DNA of 64,000 nt from Coniocarpon cinnabarinum. Its lineage: Eukaryota. The stretch is taken from contig JAVECO010000045.1 in NCBI GenBank assembly GCA_051942205.1, forward strand, positions 62,001-126,000, written 5' to 3'. Position 1 is the stretch's first letter, and each line of letters opens with the position of its first letter. A program made the translations under genes and the position numbers. This document shows, piece after piece, positions 20,747-31,900 of this stretch. The notes beneath the pieces were generated by a model that saw only the letters and a program-made list of their open reading frames with translations, had not been told where the DNA came from and did no database searches.

Positions 20747-21502
20747 AAGTCTGGACGCGACCAAAGCTGTGGATGACTTCTCGACACCGGCTGTCTAGAG
20801 ATGAAGACAAGGCTGTCATGACCGAGGCGAACGCAATAGCACAATACTACACTATTTCTTTGAGCTCAAGGCTTCGTCAAGGTTCTTGATTCCAAGGTCG
20901 ACTTCGCAATAAATTGCAAGCTATACGTCTGCTCAAATAACCTGATGGTAAGAAGGTGAATGCAGAACGCCTTTGTGATTACTTTTATCTCTTGCCGTGA
21001 CTGATGCGAACTTACTTCGACAAGCGGTTGTGTGAGCAGTAATGTAGGAGCTGATTTTCCGTTGTTCTTTCCTTCCCAGCGCTCCTGCCTAGTGGCCAAC
21101 CTGAGCAGTCTGAAATCGAACATCGCAAGCCAGGAAGAGCAAAGCCAGGTACGCCAAAAACTCATCAGTCACCGGCACAAGAAAACAGAAGATGAGCGTG
21201 GACTAAAAGCTTAGCAGCGCGGACTGTGACAGGCTCTGGTTTTTGTGATGCCAAGGTAAGATCATTCGTCCTTCAGGTTGTGCGAGTCGCAGCGGTATAT
21301 TGACTGCCTGCGGTCTCAGGGTAAAAGCTCCGACGGTAGGTGATGTGACTTGGTAAAAGCCAAGCTCATGCCAGGCAGATACGCATGATTTCATTTGCTG
21401 GAGCGAGTGTGCGCCTCGTAGTGCGTCGACGGCATGTAGTGCAGCCCGAGAGGGCAGATTCACGATCCTCCAGGTTCGACATATCACGGGTTCTCTCAGA
21501 AG

Positions 21503-22415
21503 TCCTTCTCGTGGGGTACCGCGTAACGACCCTCGTATCCGTCCTCACTCTGGTCCCTCATCTGCAAGTATCATAGGAAGCACGACAATCATTACGGTGC
21601 GGCGCTCGGCATGGGCTGCGGGGCCAGTGTTACGGGAACAAAACTCACTCGACATTTTGGAAACGTCGCTCTAGCAGATTCAACTCCGCGTCATCTCGAG
21701 ACAGCTCGACAAAGCTGAGCACGCCATCGTCTCCAGACACATGTCAACTCTCGTTTCATTGTCAAAGCGCTGAAGGTCTGATCGTGGATGCAGACTCGCT
21801 GGACATGGTGACGATGCTCGAAGCCATTCACTTGACTGACGTGCCCGTGCCTATGCAGCAAATGGCCACGGCTCTGAAACTGGGCGGCTCGCTTGCACCT
21901 GTGATATATTCCTTTCGGCCGATTATCGTGGATGATGAGCTCGCTCGACATCTTTGGACCGAGATCTGGATTGACCACTTCGAAGCCATGTTTCGATCTG
22001 AAGAAACGAACGGCGACACTTCGGCGGCAAAAGATGCCCTTCACGCTGCCATTTGAAAGGTCACCACGGGTCTCGATCCTGTCCGGTTGGCTCCTCAACA
22101 CTGGAGAGCAGGATCGAGACGAATCGGCGAGGGCAAGCGCGCGACGCTGCAACTCTATGAAGCTGACTGTACGTCGACGAGTGCAGATGGTGTCCGGTCC
22201 ACGTTGAGTGGATTGATGATCTGCGGGGTTGGGATCGTAAAGCTGAGTCGGTTTGGTTCTGGGAGTATTACTGAGATACTTTTCAGGTTGCCGACGCGCT
22301 AGGAGGGGACCAAACGCGAACCGCAGGAATGTGGTGGGACTTTGAGGACTCCTTGCCTGACGATCAAGGTACTACCAAGATATACTGGCCCACGTCAGTG
22401 CTGCTCGCTACGAAG
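21503..22415 (+). pseudogene. Decayed SAM-dependent methyltransferase (Tmt1/Crg1-like)
   Basis: Fragments RPSYPSSLWSLICKYH..ALGMGCGP, DSLDMVTMLEAIH and WPTSVLLATK. Stops at 21524, 21716 and 22054 plus several frameshifts. Confidence 0.75.
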
Positions 22416-22663
22416 TGGTGGGTGTGTGAGGCGTTGCGAGGTGCGCCAGTTGAAAAGGACATAGCTCACTGTAAATACTATGCTGTTCTGTCTGATCGCG
22501 TAACCCTGGGGTGTGATTTACACACTCCCGCGCAGTATCCTTCTGCGTCAGGCTTGAAATCTTGTTTAGGCCAAAAGCGACTTCGCCTTTAGACACATAG
22601 TTATCATGACACTTTATCCCACAAACTGTCATTAGTCGCTCCAAGTCCCTGTAGAACTTTCGA

Positions 22664-24974
22664 TCACGCCGTCATAAAATTAAAAGGATTTGCATCGCGC
22701 GGAGCCGCGTCACGCGACTGATTTTCTTGACCACGCTGCCCAATTCTTGCCCACTCTTCAAGTGCTCGCTCTTGGCCTCGCTGCCACATATCATACATAC
22801 CTCTCGCTTGCTGCAAGTTGTGCATTTCGCGCTCGTACTGACGCTGCACGAACTCTATAGTATCGGGAGAGGGATTGTTCCTCAGGGCACGGTCGCGACG
22901 AGCTTGGATGGAGCGGACAGATCGGTCGTAGAGCCGCGCCATGCGTGCAGGATCTTGGAACAGGGCATCGTCTGGAGATCTCAGCACCCGTTTCAAAGAG
23001 ATACAGTCGCTGAGAGGGGGATGAAGAGTGGACCAGAGTGAGTCACATACCTTCACGCACACGCCGCTGTATGTCTTGCTCCAAATTTCTGCGAGCGGCT
23101 TTGTCCTCGCACAAATGCCCGTCAAGGCCATTTGTTGAACTGCCGCAGTAATAGCAGAACTCGTAGCCACATGGACAATGCATCTGCCCGGATGTCAGAT
23201 TGTAGCCAGGTTGGGATAGGATGTGGTTGGTAAAGAGGTATCTCACATGGGAACATCCATCAATTCTTTCGATCACTCTGCCACATTTCTTGCATTCTTG
23301 CCATCCATGCTCCTTCTTTATGGCTTTGAAATCTGCTGTCTCAGGACATTCCTTGCCCTTGTGCCATGGAGACTTGCAACGGAAGCAAATGGCTGAATTA
23401 CAGCTGGGGCACAAAGCCTACTCTCAGCCTCTCAGCATGCTTTCGCGCTTTTTGATTACAGAACAAAACAAGAGTGGAGCAACGTAACCAGGAACGTACC
23501 CTTTTTCGACCATCAACCTTGCGGTAATCATCCGTGCCTCTCTTGTAAGGACATTCAAAGAGACTCGGGGGGAGCCATGTTTCGCAACCCTTCTTCGAAC
23601 ACCATGCAGAGCCTGCCACCTTGTCCCTGCTCGCCATGTTGAAAGCGCGTGTGAACACCTTGTCACTTTTGAGCAATCTCAACTCGCATGGTTAGCTTTG
23701 CATGTTGTGGATAGTGTTTACACTATTAGACTAAGATATCTCTTCATTTGCGGGAAGGGGTACGACTGTATTCCAGGGGCGACAGTACGGACTTACGGAT
23801 ACACGTGTTTCAGGTTGATTGGCGTGCCACAACATCTTACCGGAAGAGAATGGACTGGATCATCAAGACCGGCCCGAAATATTCGAACAAGACAGTCACG
23901 GCAGTAGCAATGACCACAATCGACTTGGACATTCTTGGTAGACATATCGGTGCATGCGACGCACTCTGTCCTGGGAGTTTCAATGTTAGAGAAACGAGTT
24001 ACGCTGACATTGCTAGAGCACCAAAACATACTCAACTCTTCCTTTCACAGATGGTCTAGGAGAGGACGATTTCGTTGACTTGCCGAAATACAACGATGAT
24101 CGAATAGCGTCTCTCTGCCGCTTTAGCTGCTCTAATCGGGCATGCTTGTCGAAGTCTTGCACGGAGCTTGCAGTGGGTTGCCTTGAAGCACTTGCTGGAG
24201 TTGACGTGCTCGAGCGTCTTAACCAAGCTGGTCGTGTGCTCCTAGCTTGGCTAGACCCTGTAGTAGACCTCGACGCGGATCTACGTAGCTGTGAACGAAC
24301 CTCCTGACGTGATGTTCGACTTGTACTTACTGCTCTACCTGCGAAAACTCAGCAGCCTTGGGTAAATTAGCTTCTCCGTGCTTTGACTGCGTCGAGCGTT
24401 GAGAATGGGTCTTTGTATATTTCGCAGGCGCGCGAATTGATTGTTCACGCGGTCTGTGCCTGTGCACGCCCTTCCGAGGCTCAGTACTGCTCTGAGGATG
24501 CTCTTTGGGAGCTTCTTCTTGAGCTCGGCCGGCTTGACTACTGTTTTGAGCTGCGATCTGGGCATGAATTTGTCGTCTCCTGGCTGCGCTGTACACGAAG
24601 TTGTCATCGTCTTCTTCTGCCCGGTTTAGCTTGCGGTGGTCGCGTCCTTGCTTATGTTTTCGGCGACCATCACCATGCTGCTTTTCGGATCGCGATGATT
24701 TGTTGCGCTGGTGATCCGGACGGACAGAAGCTTCTGATTGAGCGTTCTGTCGGCGCAGTCCTCTTATCCGATGACGCTCATTATCCTCACGCTGCTCCTC
24801 TGGTGACTTAGCTAGATGCCTTAGGCGTGCTTGCCGCAGATCCTCAAGAGTTCGCGGAACATCATTAACTTTCCTTGAATCAGCGTCATCGTCCTCAAGA
24901 GCCGCGTGAGATGAAGAACGTTGCGCTCTCGATTTGTGTTGATGATGGGTGGTTGGGGAAGAGTCTTTCGCCAT
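22664..24974 (-). CDS. RBR (RING1-IBR-RING2) E3 ubiquitin ligase, multi-exon; 5' part possibly disrupted
   Basis: CVAC..CGHCYCRDCL..RCCG (RING1), WCSKKGC..CPSC..CFRCK..WH (IBR) and ECKKCG..IERIDGCSHMHCPCGYEFCYYCG (RING2), with GT-AG introns between. The low-complexity N-terminus needs a frameshift or weak introns to join. Confidence 0.75.
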
Positions 24975-25915
24975 CCCTGATGCGCGTAGTATTGTGCATG
25001 TAAATTGCTCGATTCATCGGCGATAGGCTGCTCTTCGCAAGATCATCTCTGCACAGCGAGTTGAATAAAGAATCTACTAAAGTGTCTGCAGCATGTGTTA
25101 AAATAAGTGAGAGAAAGTCAGGCAGCCAATGATGTTGCAGTCTCATAGTTGATGCTGCAAGCCCATGACTCGTGCATATGTTTGCTGTACTTAGGCTCCC
25201 TGGCACCAACTCACAGTCACAACTTCGATTCCATACAACAGGAGGCTGACACAATCGTCAAAATCACAAGCGAAGACAGCATGCTCGTTGAGGCTTGAGA
25301 AACTCCAAGGGCCGGTGAACTCCGTGCTTGGTCTCTAATCTTTTATTCCCCTTCTCTTACTGCTTCATTGGATACATCCATCTTTGCCGAGAAAGCTGAC
25401 CCTCAGTGGCCGGAGCCAGCACGTGATACTTCAGTCAACGTAATACTTCAGTCAAAGAAAGCCAGATGAAAGCATGCTTGGTCTGCAAGCCTTGTCACAA
25501 GAAAACCGAGACTCGAGCGACTCTTTGCTAAAGACTGTAGAACGTCAAACAGGTTGGCAGCGGTCTCATAAATACTTTCTGAGCGTAGCAAAAATGTCAC
25601 GTTGCACTTTCATAGAGACAGACATGTTTCATCATCGCCATAAAAAAGTGAAAGACGGCTCGTGAGTAACACTCTTGACGTCTGCATCGGGCTCACGAAC
25701 GGCTCGGGAAATCAGCTCTATTGAAGCAGCGCTATGCAAACGACATGAGGACACAGTGTTTGTCTACGTGGCAGCTGAACAAAGTCATAGTACTAGATCT
25801 TAGCACTTTTTTTCCGATTATAAATACAATTTTCTCAGACTACGTCTTGCTTGATCCTTACCCAATACAAGCGAACTGCAAACGACGGCGACTCAGTCTC
25901 ACATCAAAAAGTTAC

Positions 25916-26759
25916 ATGGCTTCAGATCCACATGGCTCTAGTGCGAAAATCGTCAACCCTGCAACACCCACGGCCACCAAAACCAAGGTTGAGATCCGCG
26001 TTCCTTTCTCTTCCGACCATCATCGTTGCATCCTTATTGACGTTCCTTATCGAGAACAGATTGCTGTCGGTATTCCCTCTAATCACTACCGGGACAAGAA
26101 ATATCCGAAGGATCTCTGGCACCAAAAGGAATGGCTCTTCTCTAACGGCGACAGCAGGCGCACTGATATTCCCATCAAGGATCGAAAATATGACGTGCGC
26201 TTCCGTCGCCATTTAACGCTGATGAGCGTGCTGGACAGCCTAAGGGAGCACGCGCCTATAGAAGCCAAAAGCTTTATTGAGGCCTATGAGCATGAAGACG
26301 AGCATCACCATAAAAGCGATCGCATTTATGTAACTCTTACACTTCAATCTCAAGCACAAACCACGCGTATTTTCAACGCGCAAATGGGAAACGATTTGAG
26401 GGCAACTATGTGTTGTGGCAATTCGCCAGAAAAAAAATTCGAGAGTCGTCTGGGGATTACCTATGTGGATTGAAGTGACGCACGCGGAGGGGAAGGTGCA
26501 ATGGGAGCTTCAGAGGGGTAAAGGCCGCGGGCTTGCGCGTACGGGTGAAGGAAATGAGACCAAGGAAATCAGGAAACATTCTGTGTACACCGCGGAGGTG
26601 CCAGCGGGAACGACGCTATGGCCTCATTTTGTTGCGGTCAGCTTCCTCGTCCTACGGTGTCAATTTGATTCAGGTCGAGGGGTGGCGTCGAGGGACACTT
26701 CACCTGAAGAAGAAGAGGAAGAGATAGAGCAAGCAGGCGAACCATCCAGGGCAATGTAG
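25916..26759 (+). pseudogene. One-domain member of an unrecognised family; frameshift at the A8 run 26430-26437
   Basis: ORFs 25721-26473 and 26415-26759 join into a full paralog of the 27241-28863 domains if one A is removed (PEKNSRVVWGLPMWIEV). Confidence 0.7.
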
Positions 26760-27240
26760 GTCATTGAACTCTGTGAGCTATTATCGGGCAGCAGTGACAA
26801 GACTGGTCCAGGATACTCGAACATTAGCCTGTCAGCCCTACTGGCCTTGTCGGCTTCAAAGAGCAGATATATTCATGTTAGCCAGCCGCCAGGTCTGCAT
26901 CTGTTGTTGTTTGGAGTAGACGGCGGGTCGCAAAGGTAACAGCCAACATTCTGCTCGGGTGTTGAACGAGTCGCAAAATGCACTTCTTTAGAAGCACGCT
27001 AGTAAGACTCTGCAAACAGGCGACATGTGTTTACCGTTGGTGGACACGTTGACTGTTGCTGAGAATATGCAGAGTGCACAATCACTTATTTAATGTCTTT
27101 CCTATTGACCATTTTTACCATTCAATAGTGGACACCAAAATAGTACATTTGTCCTGCAGAATCGACAGCATCTTTCTAATAAACCCTTACTTGGTTTCGT
27201 GGCCGATCATTCCACCTCAAGTCAACCCGGAAACCTTCAC

Positions 27241-28863
27241 ATGTCTTCCACAAATGCCCTTGAAACACTTGTCAACCCTCAAAACCTCATCAGCCGCAGC
27301 GCAATCGATGTCGAGATTCGCGTTCCCTTCCGTTTGCAAAAACAAGGTCAATGCATCCTTAAAGTCGGAGAACACGAAATCGCCACAGGCCGACATGCGG
27401 AGATCAAAGACTTTACACACATAACATCCGAATTTTTCCACACAAAGTGCTGGCGCTTCTTTCCAGGGGATACCACTCGCGATCTGAGTGAAGAAATCTA
27501 CGGGGATCGAGAGTTTGAATTGTATTTCCATCGCCACAACATCATCGACCATCGCAGTGTGCTCCGTGAATGTAGACATGGCGGACACGGTACAGACCCC
27601 CAGTTCAAAATCACGTTATCAGAATTGTCGCGGCCAGCTGGCTCGGGCAGAAGCTACTCGCAAGATGCTCATTTTCGGGAGGATTTGACGGCCAAAATGC
27701 ATAGTAATGAAAACAAATACCCAGACTCACACGTGCACTGGGGCATACCAAAGGAGATTGAGGTGATCAGCGACGGGACGACTATTTCATGGAAACGAAA
27801 CGTTAGGTCGGGAAACACGACCGTAAGAGATGCGCAAGGAAAAAAAAGAAAAGGGTACCTAGCTCTCGTGTACTCTGCGAGAGTGCAGCCAAAAACTCCG
27901 CTGTGGCTCCATTTCATTGCGGTATGTTTCTGGGGTCTACGGTATCAACTAGATGCGGGCAAGGGCGTAGCAGAGAAAGAAGCTTCTTCGCAATTCGGGG
28001 GAGAAGAACCAGAGGGGGTGGCCGGGCCTTCCAATGAAATGGAGGGTGTCCAGAGAAGTTTACGGTCTGAATCTCCAGTCGACCCTACAACCCTCACGAC
28101 CCTTGCTGGAACCGAAGTCGAGATTCGCGTTCCCTACTTTCCTGACTATTCTTGTTGCATCCTAAAAATCAAAGGTCGGGAGATGGCCGTGGGCAAACCG
28201 CGAGTGAACTATGATGAATCGGAGTACAAGAAAAGATTTTTTCACCAACGCGAGTGGCTGTTCTACTATGGCGACAGCGAAGATCGAGATACGAGCCATA
28301 ATACTCGACAATATGACATGCGCTTCCATCGTCACTTTCACACCGATCAGAAAAGTGTTCTTCGGGTATACGAGCGCGACCAACAAGGTACTCTTAAAAT
28401 CCGACAGCATCTCGTGACGCTGACACCGGTTCACTCATCAAATCCGTCCGAGGTTCTATTTGATGCAGTTATGCTGAATGATTTGAGAGCGAGAACGCAC
28501 AGTAGCCCAAGATTCGTAAGTGGGTCACGATTGGATCATGCCCGACCGTCACTGATCGAGGTGACACACGGGGGCGCCGCGCTGGATTGGGAAGTACATC
28601 AAAAAGGGAAAGTTCAGAGGACTGACCCAGAGACGAAAGCTAAGACCAGTATTAGACAATACATGGTGTATACCGCTGAGGTGCCAGAAAAGACGCCATT
28701 GTGGCCGCACTTTCTCGCGGTTAGCTTTTGCGTTCTTCGGTTCCAATTCGACTCTGGTCTCGGTTTGGCTCAGAAAGATACTTCGTCGGAGTCAGGTGGG
28801 GAAGGGAGTGAAGGGGTGGCTGAGTCCTCTTTCCATGCAATGCAAGATGTCCAGAGTGGGTGA
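27241..28863 (+). CDS. Uncharacterised protein made of two tandem ~270-aa homologous domains
   Basis: Both halves share VEIRVP..CILK..A.G, W.F..GD, FHRH, IEV, VY.A.V..KTPLW.HF.AV.F..LR.Q.D.G.G.A and an acidic tail. Confidence 0.8.
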   Translation: MSSTNALETLVNPQNLISRSAIDVEIRVPFRLQKQGQCILKVGEHEIATGRHAEIKDFTHITSEFFHTKCWRFFPGDTTRDLSEEIYGDREFELYFHRHNIIDHRSVLRECRHGGHGTDPQFKITLSELSRPAGSGRSYSQDAHFREDLTAKMHSNENKYPDSHVHWGIPKEIEVISDGTTISWKRNVRSGNTTVRDAQGKKRKGYLALVYSARVQPKTPLWLHFIAVCFWGLRYQLDAGKGVAEKEASSQFGGEEPEGVAGPSNEMEGVQRSLRSESPVDPTTLTTLAGTEVEIRVPYFPDYSCCILKIKGREMAVGKPRVNYDESEYKKRFFHQREWLFYYGDSEDRDTSHNTRQYDMRFHRHFHTDQKSVLRVYERDQQGTLKIRQHLVTLTPVHSSNPSEVLFDAVMLNDLRARTHSSPRFVSGSRLDHARPSLIEVTHGGAALDWEVHQKGKVQRTDPETKAKTSIRQYMVYTAEVPEKTPLWPHFLAVSFCVLRFQFDSGLGLAQKDTSSESGGEGSEGVAESSFHAMQDVQSG

Positions 28864-28917
28864 GCCACGGGCCTCGACATGAGCACAGGCGACCTCTGCT
28901 AAGTCTGGGATGCTGCA

Positions 28918-31900
28918 TCACATGTACAAACTCGCCACAGCCATAATATCTCTTCGCACACACTCCCCACATGCCTCCATCTTCTGAAACAGCACCGGAT
29001 CACCCACAATCCTAGCCGCATTTCGCACTTCTCTACACGTCTCCTCAAGCCGCCCAATGACCCTCACAATCGTCCCTTCCAGCACATCCGTCAAGTCCGT
29101 GATTGCAGCAAAGCTCATGCCTCGCGCCCACTCATGCACCACCTCCATCAGCCCAAACCGCGGTCTCGAGACAAAATCATTGCTATCATCCGCAGCGAGT
29201 ATCACCTGGTGCACCGTCTGATAATGGTTCACCTTCTCTGAGATCTTAACGACAATATCCTTGCCCCTCTCCAGAGCTGGCGTGAGGGTTGGCTCGACGT
29301 CGGTCTTCTCTTGAAAGACGAAACAGCTAAGCAAAGCGCAGATCTCAGGTGGTTCAAAGTCCGCAAGGACGTTCTCGAGAATGAGCTCAGTCAGGACAAG
29401 CTCATCGGCGCCATGGATTTCGCATGCGACCTTGCCTTTGAGCTCCACCCGGGCGTCGTCGTCAACGAAGCCAAGATCTCTAAGCACGGCCACGCGCTGT
29501 TCGTAGTCTGGAAGCAACTGCAGATTCTGATCGGACATGAGTTGTTTGAGGGTATGGATGTTTTCGCGGATGAGCCATTCGTCATGGCGTTGCGTAAAAT
29601 GTTTGAGAAAGTCGGGACACGTAAGACAAGTAGCAAACTCAGCAGCGCGAGAGGCGGAAGAGCGAGCATTGAATAGTTCGCGTATGGCGAGGTCTTTGAT
29701 TTTGCTAAGATCGACTTCGTCCCACGCCGAGTCAGTCCACGATGATGCGAGGGCGAGCAATTCATCCATGGCAGCTTGTGGTGGGTCTCGGTCGAGGTTC
29801 AGAAGGAGTGTGGGATCCGTTTTGATGGATGTTGTAGTGATGGCTTCAAGATCGGTCAATGGGATCGAGGCCGCACGGAGTCGCAACTCTGAGCGCTTTC
29901 GAGGAAGTGGAGAGAAGAAATGGCGAAAGCTGGAAATATATGGTAATATGTCTGATGATGAGCGAGATGCTTCATTATGGGCCAACTCAAGGACTTGAAC
30001 AGATGGAGCTGCGATATGAGTGATGCCCTCACGCAAGAGGACACCCGCCATGCGCACGTTGTCTTTCTGGTAAACAACGGCGCGTCGGGGCATGAACATC
30101 CTTCGTCCAATTGGCGAACTGAGCAAAGCAAGATGTAGATCTGATGTGAGACGACGATAGTCCATACTCGCTTGATGACACTCTTCAATGTCCTTGTCAC
30201 AGATATTGCATGGTTCTCGCTTGATCTTGTCTAGATCAGCCTCGGATAATTTGACAGCTTTCTCGTGTTCTGGCAGCAATGCTTGTGCAGCATTCTCGCT
30301 GAACGATCGCTTGATCATCTCCTCGATTTTCAATGCTTCCACGCGCAGGAGGTTGAGTATCATGTTGTACGTGAGTCTGAATTGCGAACGCAGCTTCGTT
30401 GGGTCACCGAGCATCGTATTCCGCAACGTGGCCGCTGGTGGAGCTTCCTCTGCTCCTGGTGCAACAATGATTACTGAACCAACAGGATCGAGACCTCTGC
30501 GGCCTGCTCGTCCAGCCATCTGCGTATACTCACCAGGTAACAGATCCCTGAATTGGCGGCCGTCGTGCTTGCGGTAGCCTGAGAAGACCACTGTCCTCGT
30601 GGGTAGATTTAGCCCCATCGCAAATGTCTCGGTAGCAAAGAGAACCTTGACCAGTGTCCTCGCAAAGAGAATTTCGACGACTTCCTTCACGATCGGCAAA
30701 AGACCACCATGATGTACTGCAATACCTCGACTCAGCATCTCGCGCAATCGACGTATTTGCGGTAACTTTCGATCTTCTTGACTCAGCCTGGCCAGCGACT
30801 TCTCCAAAATCATATGAATGGCGCTCTTCTCCTTGGCATCACAAAAGTCAAGGTTGGACATGGCATCCGCGTTCTCTTCGCATCGCTTCTTTGAAAACAC
30901 AAAGATGCAAGTCGGTAGCAGATCCTCCTTTCGCAGGTGATTGACCAGTCCAACCCACAATGTGCGGTCTTGTGCTGCAGTCGTCCTGCCGCCACCTCTT
31001 CCCGTCCGAGCAATGTTCCCCTGTCCTCTCGTCGCAGGCTGACCGCGTCCTCGCTGCTGCTGTTGGCTACCTCGTTGACCACTGCCACGTTGCCCTCGCT
31101 GGTTCTGAGCTTGCCCGCGTCCGCCTTGATTCTGCGCTGCCTGCTTGGCTTCTGCTGCTTTGATCTTGTCTCTTCCAGAGAGTACGTCATTCGCTTCTTT
31201 CCAGCCTTTCTCTACAAACTTCTTCTCGCTATCCACAATCAGATGCATGCCCTTACCGGCCCATAGATAATGCTGCAATGGGACCGGTCGCTTTGGCGTA
31301 GATATGACGTAAATGTCTTTCTTCTTCGTCCTGCCCACCCAGCTCGCAAATTCGTACGTGTTTGGAACTGTCGCTGATAACAATATGAGCGTGACGTGCT
31401 CTGGCAACATAATAATAACTTCCTCCCAGACCACGCCACGTTCCAGATCGTTCACATAGTGTACTTCATCGAAAATAACATATTCGACGTCACGTATCAA
31501 GTCAGCGCCACGGTATAGCATGCTTCTCAAGATCTCCGTGGTCATGATCAAACAGCTTGCCTCCGGTCGAATTTGGACATCTCCAGTAAGAATACCCACA
31601 TCTTCAAACACCCCCTGGAAATCTCTAAATTTCTGATTCGACAAGGCCTTAATGGGTGACGTGTAGATTGCTTTAGTCATATGCTTCTGCGCCAAAGCAA
31701 TCGCATACTCGGCGACGACTGTCTTGCCTGCGGAAGTATGTGCAGCGACGAACACGGACTCATTGCTTTCGAGATGATAGACGGCTTCCTTCTGAAAGGT
31801 GTCCAGCTCGAATGGCCACGTCCGCGCCATCTCAGGAACGAGTTCGTGAAAGTTGGCAAATGGCTTGTTGACGTCGATCGAGTGAGCCCACTCCTTGCCT

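Noticed and set aside
25426..25456. 13-nt direct repeat ATACTTCAGTCAA x2
   Set aside because: Local slippage duplication with no intervening element.
30990..31150. Gln/Gly/Arg-rich insert in Ski2
   Set aside because: An RG-rich low-complexity loop here is usual in fungal Ski2.
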